A stretch of DNA of 63,144 nucleotides, the filler included, from Octopus bimaculoides (taxonomy: Eukaryota), in NCBI RefSeq assembly GCF_001194135.2. It is 6 parts of 6 records of this genome, joined end to end, with 100 filler letters (N's around TTAATTAATTAA, not from the genome) between each part and the next. Parts side by side here need not be neighbours in the genome. Positions count along the whole stretch, not along the records: positions 21,253 to 41,934 come from NC_068982.1; positions 42,035 to 51,628 come from NC_069002.1; positions 51,729 to 61,745 come from NC_068999.1; 3 more parts are not named here. One strand, given 5' to 3'. Positions within the stretch are counted from its first letter, which is position 1. The number at the start of each line of letters is the position of its first letter. Of this stretch, positions 40,837 to 53,545 are shown piece by piece. The notes beneath the pieces were generated by a model. That model worked only from the letters and a program-made list of their open reading frames with translations, did not search any database and was not told the DNA's origin. Position numbers and translations under genes: made by a program.

Positions 40837-41689
40837 TAGCCCTAGGTACCTCTGCACAACCCACCTTATCACTTTTTCACTTCACTCAGTTCAACTCCTT
40901 TTCTCCAATAACCTCTGACACTAACCCCTACCTTTTCCCCTTGCTCTCTGCCTTACTCCCATCCTCTATTAGTGTCTACTCTGGTATTCTGTTATTCTGT
41001 CTGCCACCATCATATCACAACTCTGAATCAGTTCCTTTATCTTGCTTTACCCTCACTTATCACCCCACCTAACATCATTGCACCTTCTCTCTTCTATTCT
41101 TCCTCAGTTCTAGGGAACACTTTAGGCCCTTAGTTTTGCAATCTTCACTAGTGCTAATGCCACAAAAATATGCATCCAGTAAACTCAGTAAAATGGTTGA
41201 TGTTAGGAAGGGACCCTATTGAACCATCCAGCCTATGCCAGCATAGAAAACAAACATTAAATAATGGTGACGGGGGGTGGGGGTGAGAGAACAGCACTAC
41301 TCTAACTTCTTAATTAAGTATAGTACTAAAAATAAATGCAATAATTATAAGGATATCTAATAAATGCATGACATTCCAAATGTTGTAAAGTGGGGGGTGG
41401 AGGTATAATTAATTCAGACAACCACAAAACTTGACAGGCAAATGTTTTACTGATCCCAAAAGAGTAACCATGGCAGAAGTTGAATTCAGAATGTAAAGTG
41501 ATGTGACTAAATACCACCAGACAATTTGTTTGCCTTGCTACCAAATCTATCAACCAATTCTGTCTATCAATTCTATTATACCACCAGCCTCGATAACAGT
41601 AATGATTTCTAGCATCAACATAAAAGTATGATTTGTGTGCGTGTGTGTGTGCGTGTGTGTGTGTGTTTGCGTAGTGGGTTGTAGCTGAT

Positions 41690-41820
41690 TAGTAGAACTT
41701 CCAATTTTTGACTTTTTAGTTTATTTTATCGACCCCAGAAGGATGAAAAACAAAGTTGATCTTCACATGATACAAAATCAGAATGTAAAGAAATGCTTCT
41801 AAACACCACAAAACATTTTG
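41690..41820 (-). mobile_element. SINE family A copy
   Basis: tttatcgaccccagaaggatgaaaaacaaagttgatc...aaaatcagaatgtaaag. Confidence 0.65.
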
Positions 41821-42034
41821 GGTTCCACTCTAGAAATTATGACATTTCACCACCACCACCACCACCTAATAATAATAATGATAATAATAATAATCCTTTC
41901 TACAATAGACACAAGGCCTGAAATTTGTGGGGAGNNNNNNNNNNNNNNNNNNNNNNNNNNNNNNNNNNNNNNNNNNNNTTAATTAATTAANNNNNNNNNN
42001 NNNNNNNNNNNNNNNNNNNNNNNNNNNNNNNNNN

Positions 42035-42102
<68 letters not shown>

Positions 42103-42710
42103 TCACTGTTTAAGTTGAATAAGTGGTACTTATGCGTCATTGAATGTATAGACTAATTCAAAGTATGTATTCATATTTTTTAAGATTTTCACTATTTATC
42201 TACGTAGGTGTAACTGTGTATACATACATTCACAAACACACAGACACACACACGTATGTATGTATGTACACACACGCGCGCTCGCACACACACACATATA
42301 CACGCACACACACTTATACACATATGTTTAAGGGAAGTAAAGCGAGACACTATCAAGAAAGCATTTCATGATGAAATCAATAAATACCGCATGATGTGTC
42401 AGGTGTAAAGACGGGGTGTTGAGAAAAAAAAAATCAAAAATGGAAGAGAAAAGCGTCACTGTTGAGGAGTGAAAGAATAAAAAATAAAAAGATTAAATCA
42501 ACAGAAAGTCTTAAAGAATTCAAAATGGCGGTGGTGCGTTGAGAAAACGGCGGAAGAAGTAAAGATAAAAGAAAATTTTAAGTGAGAGAGAAAAAAATCT
42601 GGAAGAAATATTTGGATAAAAATATAACCCGAAAACATTTCTTCTGATTCCACAAATCAATGGAATTGATTTCTCGAAGACTTTCCTGACATCCTATAAT
42701 TAAAAAACAA

Positions 42711-42715
<5 letters not shown>

Positions 42716-42803
<88 letters not shown>

Positions 42804-42830
42804 CAACAACAATAACAACAACAACAGTGA
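42716..42830. repeat. (AAT)n then (AAC)n microsatellite
   Basis: Direct reading. Confidence 0.95.
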
Positions 42831-43379
42831 TGATGATCATTAAAAATAAAGAAATAAGGACATGCCCCATTTTATATAATTAGGTTTTCTGATGCTTTGA
42901 AATAAAATTGGCTCCCACAGACAATCCGAACCTATAATCATAATAGTGTTAGTTGCTAGATTTCTCTTTAGTTGCTGAAAACTTCTACGTTGTTCCGTTC
43001 TAGCATAAATTCCACCCACCCCCTATTTTGGTAATTTTCATAACTTAATGAAAAATCTCTATATTTATTGCTATTCTTGCTTTTCGGTTTAAAACGAAGA
43101 CACTTTCCAAATTGTTCTAAAATACACTCCACCATTGAAATGTTACGACAAAATAACTTACTTTTCTTTTCACGAAGTGTAATTGCTTAGTTAATGTTTC
43201 CCAGATTATTTTGAAAGAACGAAGACTTCAGTATTTGAATGGTACTTATCTTAACGACCCTGGAATGATAAAAAGCAAAGTCGATATGACTGCTATTGGA
43301 ACTTAAATATTGACGGAACGGTATCCGGTACCATAAAAGGCGGGTTATCCAACGCTCTACAGATCCTGAAATAATAATT

Positions 43380-43810
43380 CCTTAAATAGGTACAAGGCCA
43401 CAAATTTAGAGAGAAGGTGGTTTATCGATTAAATCGACCCCAGTACTTGACTGGAACTTTACTACATTGACTCTGAAATAATGAAGCGGCAAAGCCTCGG
43501 CCAGATTTGAACTCTGTCATGTTTAATGGCGCAAAACGGTCTGTCAGATCATAACAGAAGCAAAAGTATACTAACCCAGACAAAATGAAATATTGGCTTC
43601 AAAACTTGGCACAAACCCAGCAGTTTCTGGGGAGGAGGTAAGTCGCTTACATCGACCCCAGTGCTCAGGTGGTAAATTATTTTATCGATTCCTATAGGAT
43701 GAAAAGCAAAGTCGACCTCAACAGAATTTGAATTCAGAACGTAAAGAAAGACGAAATCCCGCTGAACATTTTGCCCTGCTTGCTACTATTTTGCTAGCTC
43801 GCCGCTTCAG
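43380..43810 (-). mobile_element. Two tandem SINE family A copies
   Basis: 43380-43530 and 43595-43810 both contain tcgaccccag...ggtacttatttt..ga...aaagtcgacctc..cagaatttgaa.tcag. Confidence 0.8.
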
Positions 43811-43985
43811 ACAAAATGAAATATTAAAATCATTCAATATGTAAATATTTGTGTAGTTGTATTACGTATATTTTTTTCCATAAATGTTCGTTTGGTTAGT
43901 AATGCGTCATGTTCAAATTATGTTGTAGTCAACTGAGAGGGCGTTTATGTTTAATTGAGGGTGTGACCATAAAACATTCTCTGTT

Positions 43986-44142
43986 TTAAACGGTCATTGG
44001 TTTGGTGATAGAGAAGTTAGGCAGATGGTAATGGAGTCTTCTTGGTAGATAAGATTTTGCTAATTTTTGTTCCTTGGCTCCTATTATCGCTGAAACAGTG
44101 TTCATTGTGCGTCTGTCGGTATTCTTATCAAGAATGGTGAAC
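43986..44142 (-). CDS. Candidate terminal exon (FTILDKNTDRR...KPMTV*)
   Basis: ctcag|G acceptor (weak pyrimidine tract), open to TAA; phase-compatible with 45268-45348. Confidence 0.15.
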
Positions 44143-44361
44143 CTGAGATATTTTATCACACCCTGTAAAAGTTTGGAGATGATGTCATCTATCAAAACAT
44201 CCACGCTGTGAGCTGAGCACGCGTGAAAGAGGGGAGGAGAAAGGGGGAGAGGTGTATGTTGTTTATAAGAGAAGCAGGTTGTGAGAGCTGGTCTTATATA
44301 AGCTGACCCAGCGTGACATAGCCTCCAGCCACAACCCTGATTATCTCTGTTGAGAGATCGA

Positions 44362-44411
<50 letters not shown>

Positions 44412-44922
44412 TCAGGGAACTTTCTAGAAGTCTTTTTTTTTGTATTTTGGTGCGAAAGGCAAAAGCGTTCCTTTGATGTCTACCGACGCACAGGCTCTTC
44501 CGATCATAAATAGGATTAGCTGTAATATATATCTATAGGTGGTTTGGTTAACTGCATGAGTGGTTTATCGAGAGATTGAATTAAAACTTACTGAATATAA
44601 TAGTATTAATCAACCAAGGATTCAAATGCAGAGATTCTCTGAGATAAAAGAGCGGGGAGCGACCTGCTGCATCCATCCATCCATCTATCCATCCATCCAT
44701 CTATCCATCCATGCATCCATACATACATACATGCATGTACGCATACATACATATATACATTCAAACATAAAACATTCAAATCTTCACATATACATCCATA
44801 CATACACAAATACCCTGTTGATGCTGTCGAAATTACAATGAGGCAGCCTTGGATCTAGGTTACAGACCGGTTCTTTTTCTATTGGCTAGAAATCTTGAAG
44901 TAAAACTGAATAATCACACACA

Positions 44923-44965
<43 letters not shown>

Positions 44966-45015
44966 ATACGTACATGCACACATGTATACATAATACATAT
45001 CTATATCTCTCTCTA

Positions 45016-45075
<60 letters not shown>

Positions 45076-45267
45076 AACCTATCTTTCTATCTATCTATTT
45101 ATCTATCTATCTACCTGCAAACTTATTACCAGCTGAAATATGCTTCAGGCATATTCGAACTTGTAGGAAAGCCATTCACTTCGTCATGTATTTCATCATG
45201 GAAAAAATTTTCTCGCTGTAGACAAATGGGTATAAATATATCGAGTTAGCTTACAGCGTTTTCTTAC

Positions 45268-45348
45268 CAGACCGTTGCAGGTATGCATTTCCGAGTGGTT
45301 ATTTCCTCTTCAGCAACATAGATCGGAAAAGCTGCGAACTGACATTCG
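45268..45348 (-). CDS. Candidate 81-nt exon (ECQFAAFPIYVAEEEITTRKCIPATV)
   Basis: cctgtctctcgtgtcatttcacag| acceptor, CTG|gtaaga donor, one open frame, symmetrical phase 2-2. Confidence 0.25.
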
Positions 45349-46043
45349 CTGTGAAATGACACGAGAGACAGGTTCCTCTTAAGATATTCCCATCATCGTT
45401 CAAGAACTGGTTTGGCATTTCAACGGCTCACAGTAAATGAAATACAGCGTGACAGTGCTAGGCAGTGATGAGTGTAAATACAAGTTTACTAACAGATCAA
45501 ATATATATATATGTATACACACATTATATGCAAACATACATACATGCATACGTACACACACATGCTCGCACATACATACGTGCGTATATACACACATTAA
45601 TACACACTCACATACATACAACCCCCACATATAGATATATCACAAATTAGATATATTAGATATTCTGGGTTTTAGAGTTAAGGAGAGCTCAATGCTACAA
45701 AAATGATTCAAGAAAATAGAATTCTCTCCCAGATACTCATTGAACCCAGAAATAAACTACAAAATAGTAAAAATTGAAAGTACACATGCATACATATATG
45801 CATACATCTATATATATATAGCCAGTAGGGGATATTTGAGAGAAGGGACAATTATTTTGGGGTGATGGAATTATTGGTTGGCAAGAGGAGAGGACGAGAC
45901 GAAATGAAAAATGAAATGAAAAAGTAAATGATTTACAGAAATATTTTTGTAGATTATCAAAAAATCTCACTTGCTTATAGATATGTATATTAACTTCTCC
46001 CTCTCCCTCTCTTCTCTAGATACAGGAAGACAAAGAGAGGAAC

Positions 46044-46121
<78 letters not shown>

Positions 46122-46148
46122 NNNNNNNNNNNNNNNNNNNNNNNNNNN

Positions 46149-46222
<74 letters not shown>

Positions 46223-46669
46223 CTAGGAGAGAACAATTATCTGCTCGAGTTGTGCAAATGGTATATTTTAGGGCCCCAAAAGGATAAAACAAAGTGAAGC
46301 ATGAAAGAATTTGAACTCAGAGCATAGAAAGTCAGACCGAATACTACACAGCATTTTGTCCAACTTTATAACGGTTCTGACAAATCTAAGTCGGTGCTCT
46401 TACGTCTGTCATTAATTCGGAGCTCATGACAGCTTCAGACATGTATAACTTCCTATCACAGAATGCCAGTCTGTCAGAGAGACGTCACCAGCTGCTGTTG
46501 GTATTCAGTTTCAGGTGAATGAATTGGAGAAATCTGAAATGAAAGAACACAACTCGCCGCCCGGACTAGAAATAGAAACAGCTGCAACGTCCTTTCCACT
46601 CGGTCACGTGCCTGTATGTAGAAATGCATGCATTTCAAAGCAGACATAAATTATTCCATACATTTATTA

Positions 46670-46977
46670 TTTTTTTTTTCGCCCTTTTAAAGCCTAGCCA
46701 GGCTCATGGGTCCAGTTTCCCGGTTTCTATGGCGTATGTGTTCCCCCCAGCTGGACGGAACGCCAGTCCATCGCAGCGTTACTCAAGAAACAGGAAGAAA
46801 GAGTGAAAGAAAGTTGGGGCAAAAGAGTACAACAGGGGTCGCCACCACCCCCTGCCGGAGCCTCGTGGAGCTTTAGGTGTTTTCGCTCAATAAACACATA
46901 CAACGCCCGGTCTGGGAATCGAAACCGCAATCCTCCGACCGCGAGTCCGCTGCCCTAACCACTGGGCCATTGCGCCT
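46670..46977 (-). mobile_element. tRNA-derived SINE family C, tail type 2 (resembles the MetaSINE central domain), poly(A) end
   Basis: Head matches 33556-33750. The tail gcgatggactggcgttccgtccagctgggggg...tagaaaccgggaaact resembles, from recall, the Meta domain gcgatggactagcatcccatccagggg...acagaaaccggg. Confidence 0.8.
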
Positions 46978-47014
46978 CCTCCATACATTTATGCATACCA
47001 ATTGTAAGGCATGA

Positions 47015-47200
47015 AGATGGCGAACTGGCATTATCGTTTGCACATCGGACAAAATGCTTAGCAGCATTTCTTCCAGCTTCATCTGTTCTGAGTTCAAATA
47101 CCACCGAGCTCAGGTTTGTCTTTCATCCCTTCGGAGTCAATAAAATAAAGAACCAGCTAAGTATGGGACTCAAATGTAATCAACTTGTACCCTCCTTGGA
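47015..47200 (+). mobile_element. SINE family A, near full length
   Basis: ggcgaactggca..atcgtt.gcacatcggacaaaatgcttagcagcatttc...ctgagttcaaataccaccgag...tttcatcccttcggagtcaataaaata. Confidence 0.8.
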
Positions 47201-47393
47201 TCCTGCAATGGCACAGCGGCCCGTTCATGGGGAATGTTGTGATCTCAGTCATTTATACTCCGTAGTAACCGGGTAACCGGCCTTCTTGAGTTGTAGGGCT
47301 CACAAAAAAATTCTAAGACGTACTAGCACGCACCAACATATTTTAATAGACACGTAGCACACTGTTTATCCTGTATATTGGAAGAATGCTCAC

Positions 47394-47494
47394 ATAAATA
47401 TCACAAAGACACGTAATCGAATACACCACGCCATCGATGTGGCAGACAAGTTTCTGTAACATTCGGAACATTGAAAACAAGAAGCAGCGACTGT
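47394..47494 (-). CDS. Candidate exon (101 nt; alternative acceptor gives 60 nt)
   Basis: cttttag| or gttacag| acceptors, TAT|gtgagc donor, open frames; no homology recognised. Confidence 0.15.
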
Positions 47495-49212
47495 CTAAAA
47501 GTACATGTTCATGCCTGTTATTATATTGTATATTTGAGCCAGTTAACACGTGAATCTTCTTATATTCTTCTGAGTAGAACAATCATACTTCCATGTACCC
47601 TCTCGTACGCGTTCCTTCTTTCTCCCTCTTTCTCACTAATCTACCCTTCTCTTTTTCTCGCTCTTTTACTCCCCATTCTCTCTGTGTTTAAATCTTGCAT
47701 GCTATATAACATAGATGATTTAAAGGTGAATGTGCACGTCTAAGTACATGGGTATGTATTTTCAAGCTCTAAGATAACTTGTGGTGCATGCATATTTGTA
47801 AATGCGTATACGTGTCCATGCGTGCCTGCATTTTATATATGTGTATATGCACATGTGTGATAGGTTGTATATGTAGATGTGTATGCTGAGACATAACGAG
47901 GTATGTGTGAATATGAGTGCTTACGTTTCTTTGTATATCGTATATACGTTTCCATGTTATATGTGTTTGTATTTGTGTGTGCATGATAGACATATACATG
48001 CGCACTCATGCACAGATAAACGTGTATGTATGTATGTATGTATATATATATATATATATATATNNNNNNNNNNNNNNNNNNNNNNNNNNNNNNNNNNNNN
48101 NNNNNNNNNNNNNNNNNNNNNNNNNNNNNNNNNNNNNNNNNNNNNNNNNNNNNNNNNNNNNNNNNNNNNNNNNNNNNNNNNNNNNNNNNNNNNNNNNNNN
48201 NNNNNNNNNNNNNNNNNNNNNNNNNNNNNNNNNNNNNNNNNNNNNNNNNNNNNNNNNNNNNNNNNNNNNNNNNNNNNNNNNNNNNNNNNNNNNNNNNNNN
48301 NNNNNNNNNNNNNNNNNNNNNNNNNNNNNNNNNNNNNNNNNNNNNNNNNNNNNNNNNNNNNNNNNNNNNNNNNNNNNNNNNNNNNNNNNNNNNNNNNNNN
48401 NNNNNNNNNNNNNNNNNNNNNNNNNNNNNNNNNNNNNNNNNNNNNNNNNNNNNNNNNNNNNNNNNNNNNNNNNNNNNNNNNNNNNNNNNNNNNNNNNNNN
48501 NNNNNNNNNNNNNNNNNNNNNNNNNNNNNNNNNNNNNNNNNNNNNNNNNNNNNNNNNNNNNNNNNNNNNNNNNNNNNNNNNNNNNNNNNNNNNNNNNNNN
48601 NNNNNNNNNNNNNNNNNNNNNNNNNNNNNNNNNNNNNNNNNNNNNNNNNNNNNNNNNNNNNNNNNNNNNNNNNNNNNNNNNNNNNNNNNNNNNNNNNNNN
48701 NNNNNNNNNNNNNNNNNNNNNNNNNNNNNNNNNNNNNNNNNNNNNNATATGGGTATGTGTGTATGTGTGTGTGTTTAGGAAATGGATCTCTGTCACTTTA
48801 ACGGTGAACATTAATTTCTTCTATCAACTGAAGTAATTGATCGTTGAATTAGCATACCAGTGGATGAGTATTCCGTAGACACGTGTACATTTATTGTTAT
48901 TTCTCAGGTTGAATTGTTGTGATACTCAGAGATGAAGCTACGCCTGAAAAATTACTGGTACAGTCCATCTGTTCATCTGGCAGCATTACATGAAGTTCCT
49001 GTGAATCTCATATTTCACTTATAAAGCATTGGTTGAGTTGAGATTATAGAAAATGAAAGTTCCACAATACTTGCTAGATTCGAACCCGAGAATTTGCGAT
49101 TAAGAAGCGAATTTTTAACCCGTTAGGCCCCAACTACACACACATACACTCAAAAATATGTATAATTGTGTGTGTGTGTGTGCGTATGTATATGCGCTTG
49201 TGTGCTTGTGTA

Positions 49213-49282
<70 letters not shown>

Positions 49283-49671
49283 ACTGTGTGTATGTATCAT
49301 GCTGAACCATTAATCCCTACGTACATTTTCTCTCTCCATTTTTTCTCCTCTCAGCACTTTCTGTTGAAGAACGTAGACTCGAAATGTGAAAGACTTTTCC
49401 ATTCTTGTCAAACTAATATACCTGCTTGTTGTTCCCTTACCTGCCATCATCTTTTTTTCCTGTAAATTTGAACTACATATGTACATATATATATATACAT
49501 AAATGTTTTCCTTAGAATGTTCAGTGTCTGTGGTATTTCTAGTTAGTCTATCAACAAATTGCCCGATACTGCTCTTCTTTGAACAGGGCTGCTTGAAAAA
49601 CATGCATGTATATGTGTAAAATCTCAAAAGAAATTTTTGTTAACTTATTATACTACAATATAATATAATGT

Positions 49672-49950
49672 GAAGGAACATGGCCCAATGGTTAGAACGT
49701 CGGGCTCACAATCATGATGTAGTGAGTTCAATTCCCGGACCGGGCTGTGTGTTGTGTTCTTGAGCAAGACACTTTATTCAACGTTGCTCCTGTTCACTCA
49801 CCTGTAGAAACGATTTGCGACGTCACTGGGGCTAAGCTGTATCGGCCTTTGCCTTTCCTTTAGACAGCATCAGTAGCATGGAGAGGGGAGGTCGGTCATT
49901 CATGACCGAAGGGGGTCTTTACTCTTTCTGAGTACAATACTCGGAGTTTG
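49672..49950 (+). mobile_element. tRNA-derived SINE family D
   Basis: tggcccaatggttagaac (A box), gagttcaattccc (B box), ttgtgttcttgagcaagacacttt body. Confidence 0.8.
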
Positions 49951-50794
49951 CGACAACCATAAGGTTATCTGATTTCGGTGATAATCAGCCGATAAATGGA
50001 TGTACGTGCATTGAAATCGGTGAATTTCAGTCCGTTGTTGCCAGGAAACTCCGAGTACTGTATGTGAGTGTTCCATGCTTGTATCTTATAACGTATAGGT
50101 CTTTATTTTAATGATATTGAAATCTATTTATTCTATTTTTATGCACCTGAGTTTTCGTCATATTCATACACACATATTCATACCCGCGTGCGCGCACACA
50201 CACACACAGATTTATACACACACACACACACTAAAACACACACATATTTACGCACATAAACGTGTTACTACTGTTTTGGAAATGTTTACTTGATCACTTT
50301 TGGTTTTTTACAATTTCAGTGTTTATAGAAAATTATATTGTGGCAGGCTAAAATCGTACGAATAGGCTTTATGTTGTGAATGAACTAAAATAGAGAGTCC
50401 TGGTCTTCAAGCATTTAAATGACTGTACGTTACTTAATCACGCAATATTACAGATTCTTCAAAGTTTACAATGGTTATGTTTGAATTGAGTAACAACTCC
50501 TTCAATTAAGAACAACATGGCGGAGAGACAGGAAACGCGATTGGTTGATATTATTTCTGGTTAAACATCTGTATGAACGTGTCTATATACATATACGTTG
50601 TATGTATGTGTGTGTATGTATATATGTATACATATATATGTACATATATATATGCATATATATCCTTATATTTAAATATACATACATATATACAAGAACG
50701 CGAATATATCTATATATATGTAAATGTATATATATATACATATGTGTATATATATATGTGTGCCTACACACATGTACAGAAGGTTATATTTATG

Positions 50795-50847
<53 letters not shown>

Positions 50848-51052
50848 GTATATGTACATATTTGTATGCACGCGCACATGAACATTTATAAACAATTCTA
50901 TCAATACACAGATATGAATGTCAAAATGTCTGTATATGTTACATACATTAAGTGCACGCAAGAGCGACAAAGATACGCACACGCAAACTTATAGACTCTT
51001 CACCAATATATACATATATAATATATATGTATATATATATATATATATATAT

Positions 51053-51099
<47 letters not shown>

Positions 51100-51310
51100 C
51101 GTGCGCGTGTGTGTTAAACTTAAAAGATGACCACTACTGCTCCATGAAACTTGAAGGACAAAGACGGTTTTACTATACAATTAACTATACAATTATATAA
51201 TGCAAAATAGTAAACTCTACTTAATGTATTGAACACATTTTATATCATTATAACGTCATTTTAGCTCAGTTAATCATGCAAAATTAATATTCCCTCTCAT
51301 ATAAACGCAT

Positions 51311-51347
<37 letters not shown>

Positions 51348-51358
51348 AGTGTGTGTGC

Positions 51359-51412
<54 letters not shown>

Positions 51413-51871
51413 ACATGCACACACATACACACACAAACATATATATGTTAGTGCATGTGTGTATAGAATACAAAATAAAGAAAAGAAAGGTCACATCTTC
51501 AAGTGTACATTCATTGGCGTACGCACATGCATACATACTTGCGTACATACGCACATACAAAAAATATATTCCGTTATACTTAAATAGATACACACATATA
51601 TATATATATATACATACATATATATATANNNNNNNNNNNNNNNNNNNNNNNNNNNNNNNNNNNNNNNNNNNNTTAATTAATTAANNNNNNNNNNNNNNNN
51701 NNNNNNNNNNNNNNNNNNNNNNNNNNNNCATGCATTCCCTGAAGAGAAGGTTACAATTTTAACATCACAGATCCCTATGGATCACATAGGTTGTAATCCT
51801 TTGAAACATATGTAGGAATAAAGTATGCAATTATAACATGCGTTTCCTCCATTCCTTAAATTTATATATAT

Positions 51872-52080
51872 ATAGTTATGAGGGAAAAACTTGGACCTTG
51901 TGAATTTTCCGAAGTCCTCTCCTTTGGAAAAGATTTTCCCCATAAATTACTTTATAATCGTAATGTATGCCGTTTGAAAGGTATTTCTATAAAATTTCAT
52001 TGAAAAATCCCTCTTTTCCTAAAAGTTATGAGGGAAAAACTTGAATCTTGTGAATTTTCCGAAGTCCTCTCCCACCCTCC
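51872..52080 (+). repeat. Unclassified dispersed repeat, approx. 150-bp tandem units (gttatgagggaaaaa...tgtgaattttcc.aa.tcctctc)
   Basis: Two units at 51872 and 52022; a third diverged copy at about 58992-59095. Confidence 0.75.
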
Positions 52081-52779
52081 CGTTGCTTGCGAGCATTTTT
52101 TTTTTTTTCCATATTCGTTTCCTACACATTGTTTTACACCCATTCCAGTATTTTTGTGGGGATTTTCATTTCCGGGTCAAGATGTAAACATTAACCAAAT
52201 TGACTTTTTTTATCATTGGGGATAAAAGTTCGCCAGTGGTAGAAAATAACTGCTATAAAGCAGCTGGCATGAGACCCATAAGTGAGGAAAGTGCATACTT
52301 TATGACAACCAGCATCAAGTTTATTCGTTAGAAGTAGCCGTCAATAAGTGTAATCCTTTGTAAATCTTCTTAAGCACAAGATAAACAAACACACCAGAAT
52401 TTGAAATATGCTTACAAAAGTTCACGAAAGTAGTCAACCTGAACTGACTCACTTTATCTATAATAAAACTAAACCCAAATCTCACGGTCGCTGTACAAAT
52501 TGAAACTTGTTAAAACTTTATTTTTGCCATTCATGCTACGAGTTTGTTTTGAACTTCAGTACTTTTGAAAACAACAGAAGGTGAAATACATGAACGAATC
52601 TTTGATATTTAAAAATGATACAAGAGTACGTTTGTGTTAACTAGTATAAGAATTAAAATATAGTAAGCAACGAAAGATCTACATGTTTATCATTATCTTT
52701 TGAAGTTAAAGTTCGCATGATAGACGTTTGAAATATTTACGAAACGTTCTAAATTTTTATTCAAGATAAGGCTACTTAC

Positions 52780-52971
52780 CATATAACTTGGATACGGAAG
52801 ATTCAGAGGATCAGATGTTGGCGGTTTTACTTGAAAATAACTCTCATCTGATGATTCTGATCCTTCCCCTTCGACAACATTTCTTTCAACAAAAGAGTCC
52901 ATCAATGTAGCTGCTTTGAAGTGTTCGCTTGAGATGTATGAAATAGTTTTCAACTTGAAATAAACACGCCT
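52780..52971 (-). CDS. Best candidate host exon; may contain the start (MDSFVERNVVEGEGSESSDESYFQVKPPTSDPLNLPYPSYM, ATG at 52902)
   Basis: Perfect donor ATG|gtaagt at 52780, acceptor tttttctatgctgtaaatcag| at 52971, 192 nt fully open in frame, acidic protein-like composition; no family recognised. Confidence 0.4.
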
Positions 52972-53215
52972 CTGATTTACAGCATAGAAAAACAATGCTT
53001 TAAAGCGATCAAGACAAAAACAAACATTCGTGAGTAAACTACAATTCAATAGGTAAAGATAGATAATTAATTTAAGTGTTATTTTCGTATTTTAATTCAT
53101 AGAGTTGCTTCCCTTGAATTTTCCAATTTTAGACATTTTTCTTAATTCACGTAGAAAAATACGGAGAATACGAACCTGGAAAAAAATTTTTTTTAACGTT
53201 TCCTAAAAAACATCC

Positions 53216-53520
53216 TGTGGTGTTATGAGATAGACTGTGTTGTAGGGAATGACCGGAAGTGAGGGAGTACGCTTGTCCTGTCGGAAGTGGGGCCTGTGGG
53301 TCCCACCGAAAGGGTCATGGTGGGCATGCGGGGTCGGCGATGGACAGCATATGAGAGTAGACATGTTAGAGAGTACGGGGGAAGAAAGACAGAGCATGTG
53401 GACATTGTCACCGAACCTTCCAGATCGAGACAGCACGTGCGGGTTGTGAGCAACCTTATCAGATCGGCAGGTAATACTACGGCAATTCTCTCTTTGCTTC
53501 CGTCTTCTTTCACATTACCA
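53216..53520 (+). repeat. 5' LTR
   Basis: Starts tgtggtgttatgag; aligns with 58047-58334 (cctgtcggaagtggggcctgtgggtcccacc; aattctctctttgcttccgtctt). Confidence 0.9.
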
Positions 53521-53545
53521 GCTATTTCGACTCAAAACAAAAAAA

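Noticed and set aside
45222-45280. Plus-strand exon candidate (TNGYKYIELAYSVFLPDRC, CAG|gtatgc)
   Set aside because: Overlaps the minus-strand candidate and has no partner exons; it shows how easily such exons arise by chance.
9029-51684. Many long ORFs rich in HT/CV/YI/LSIY/ER or X
   Set aside because: Translations of (CA)n, (TA)n, (CTAT)n and (GA)n microsatellites and N gaps.
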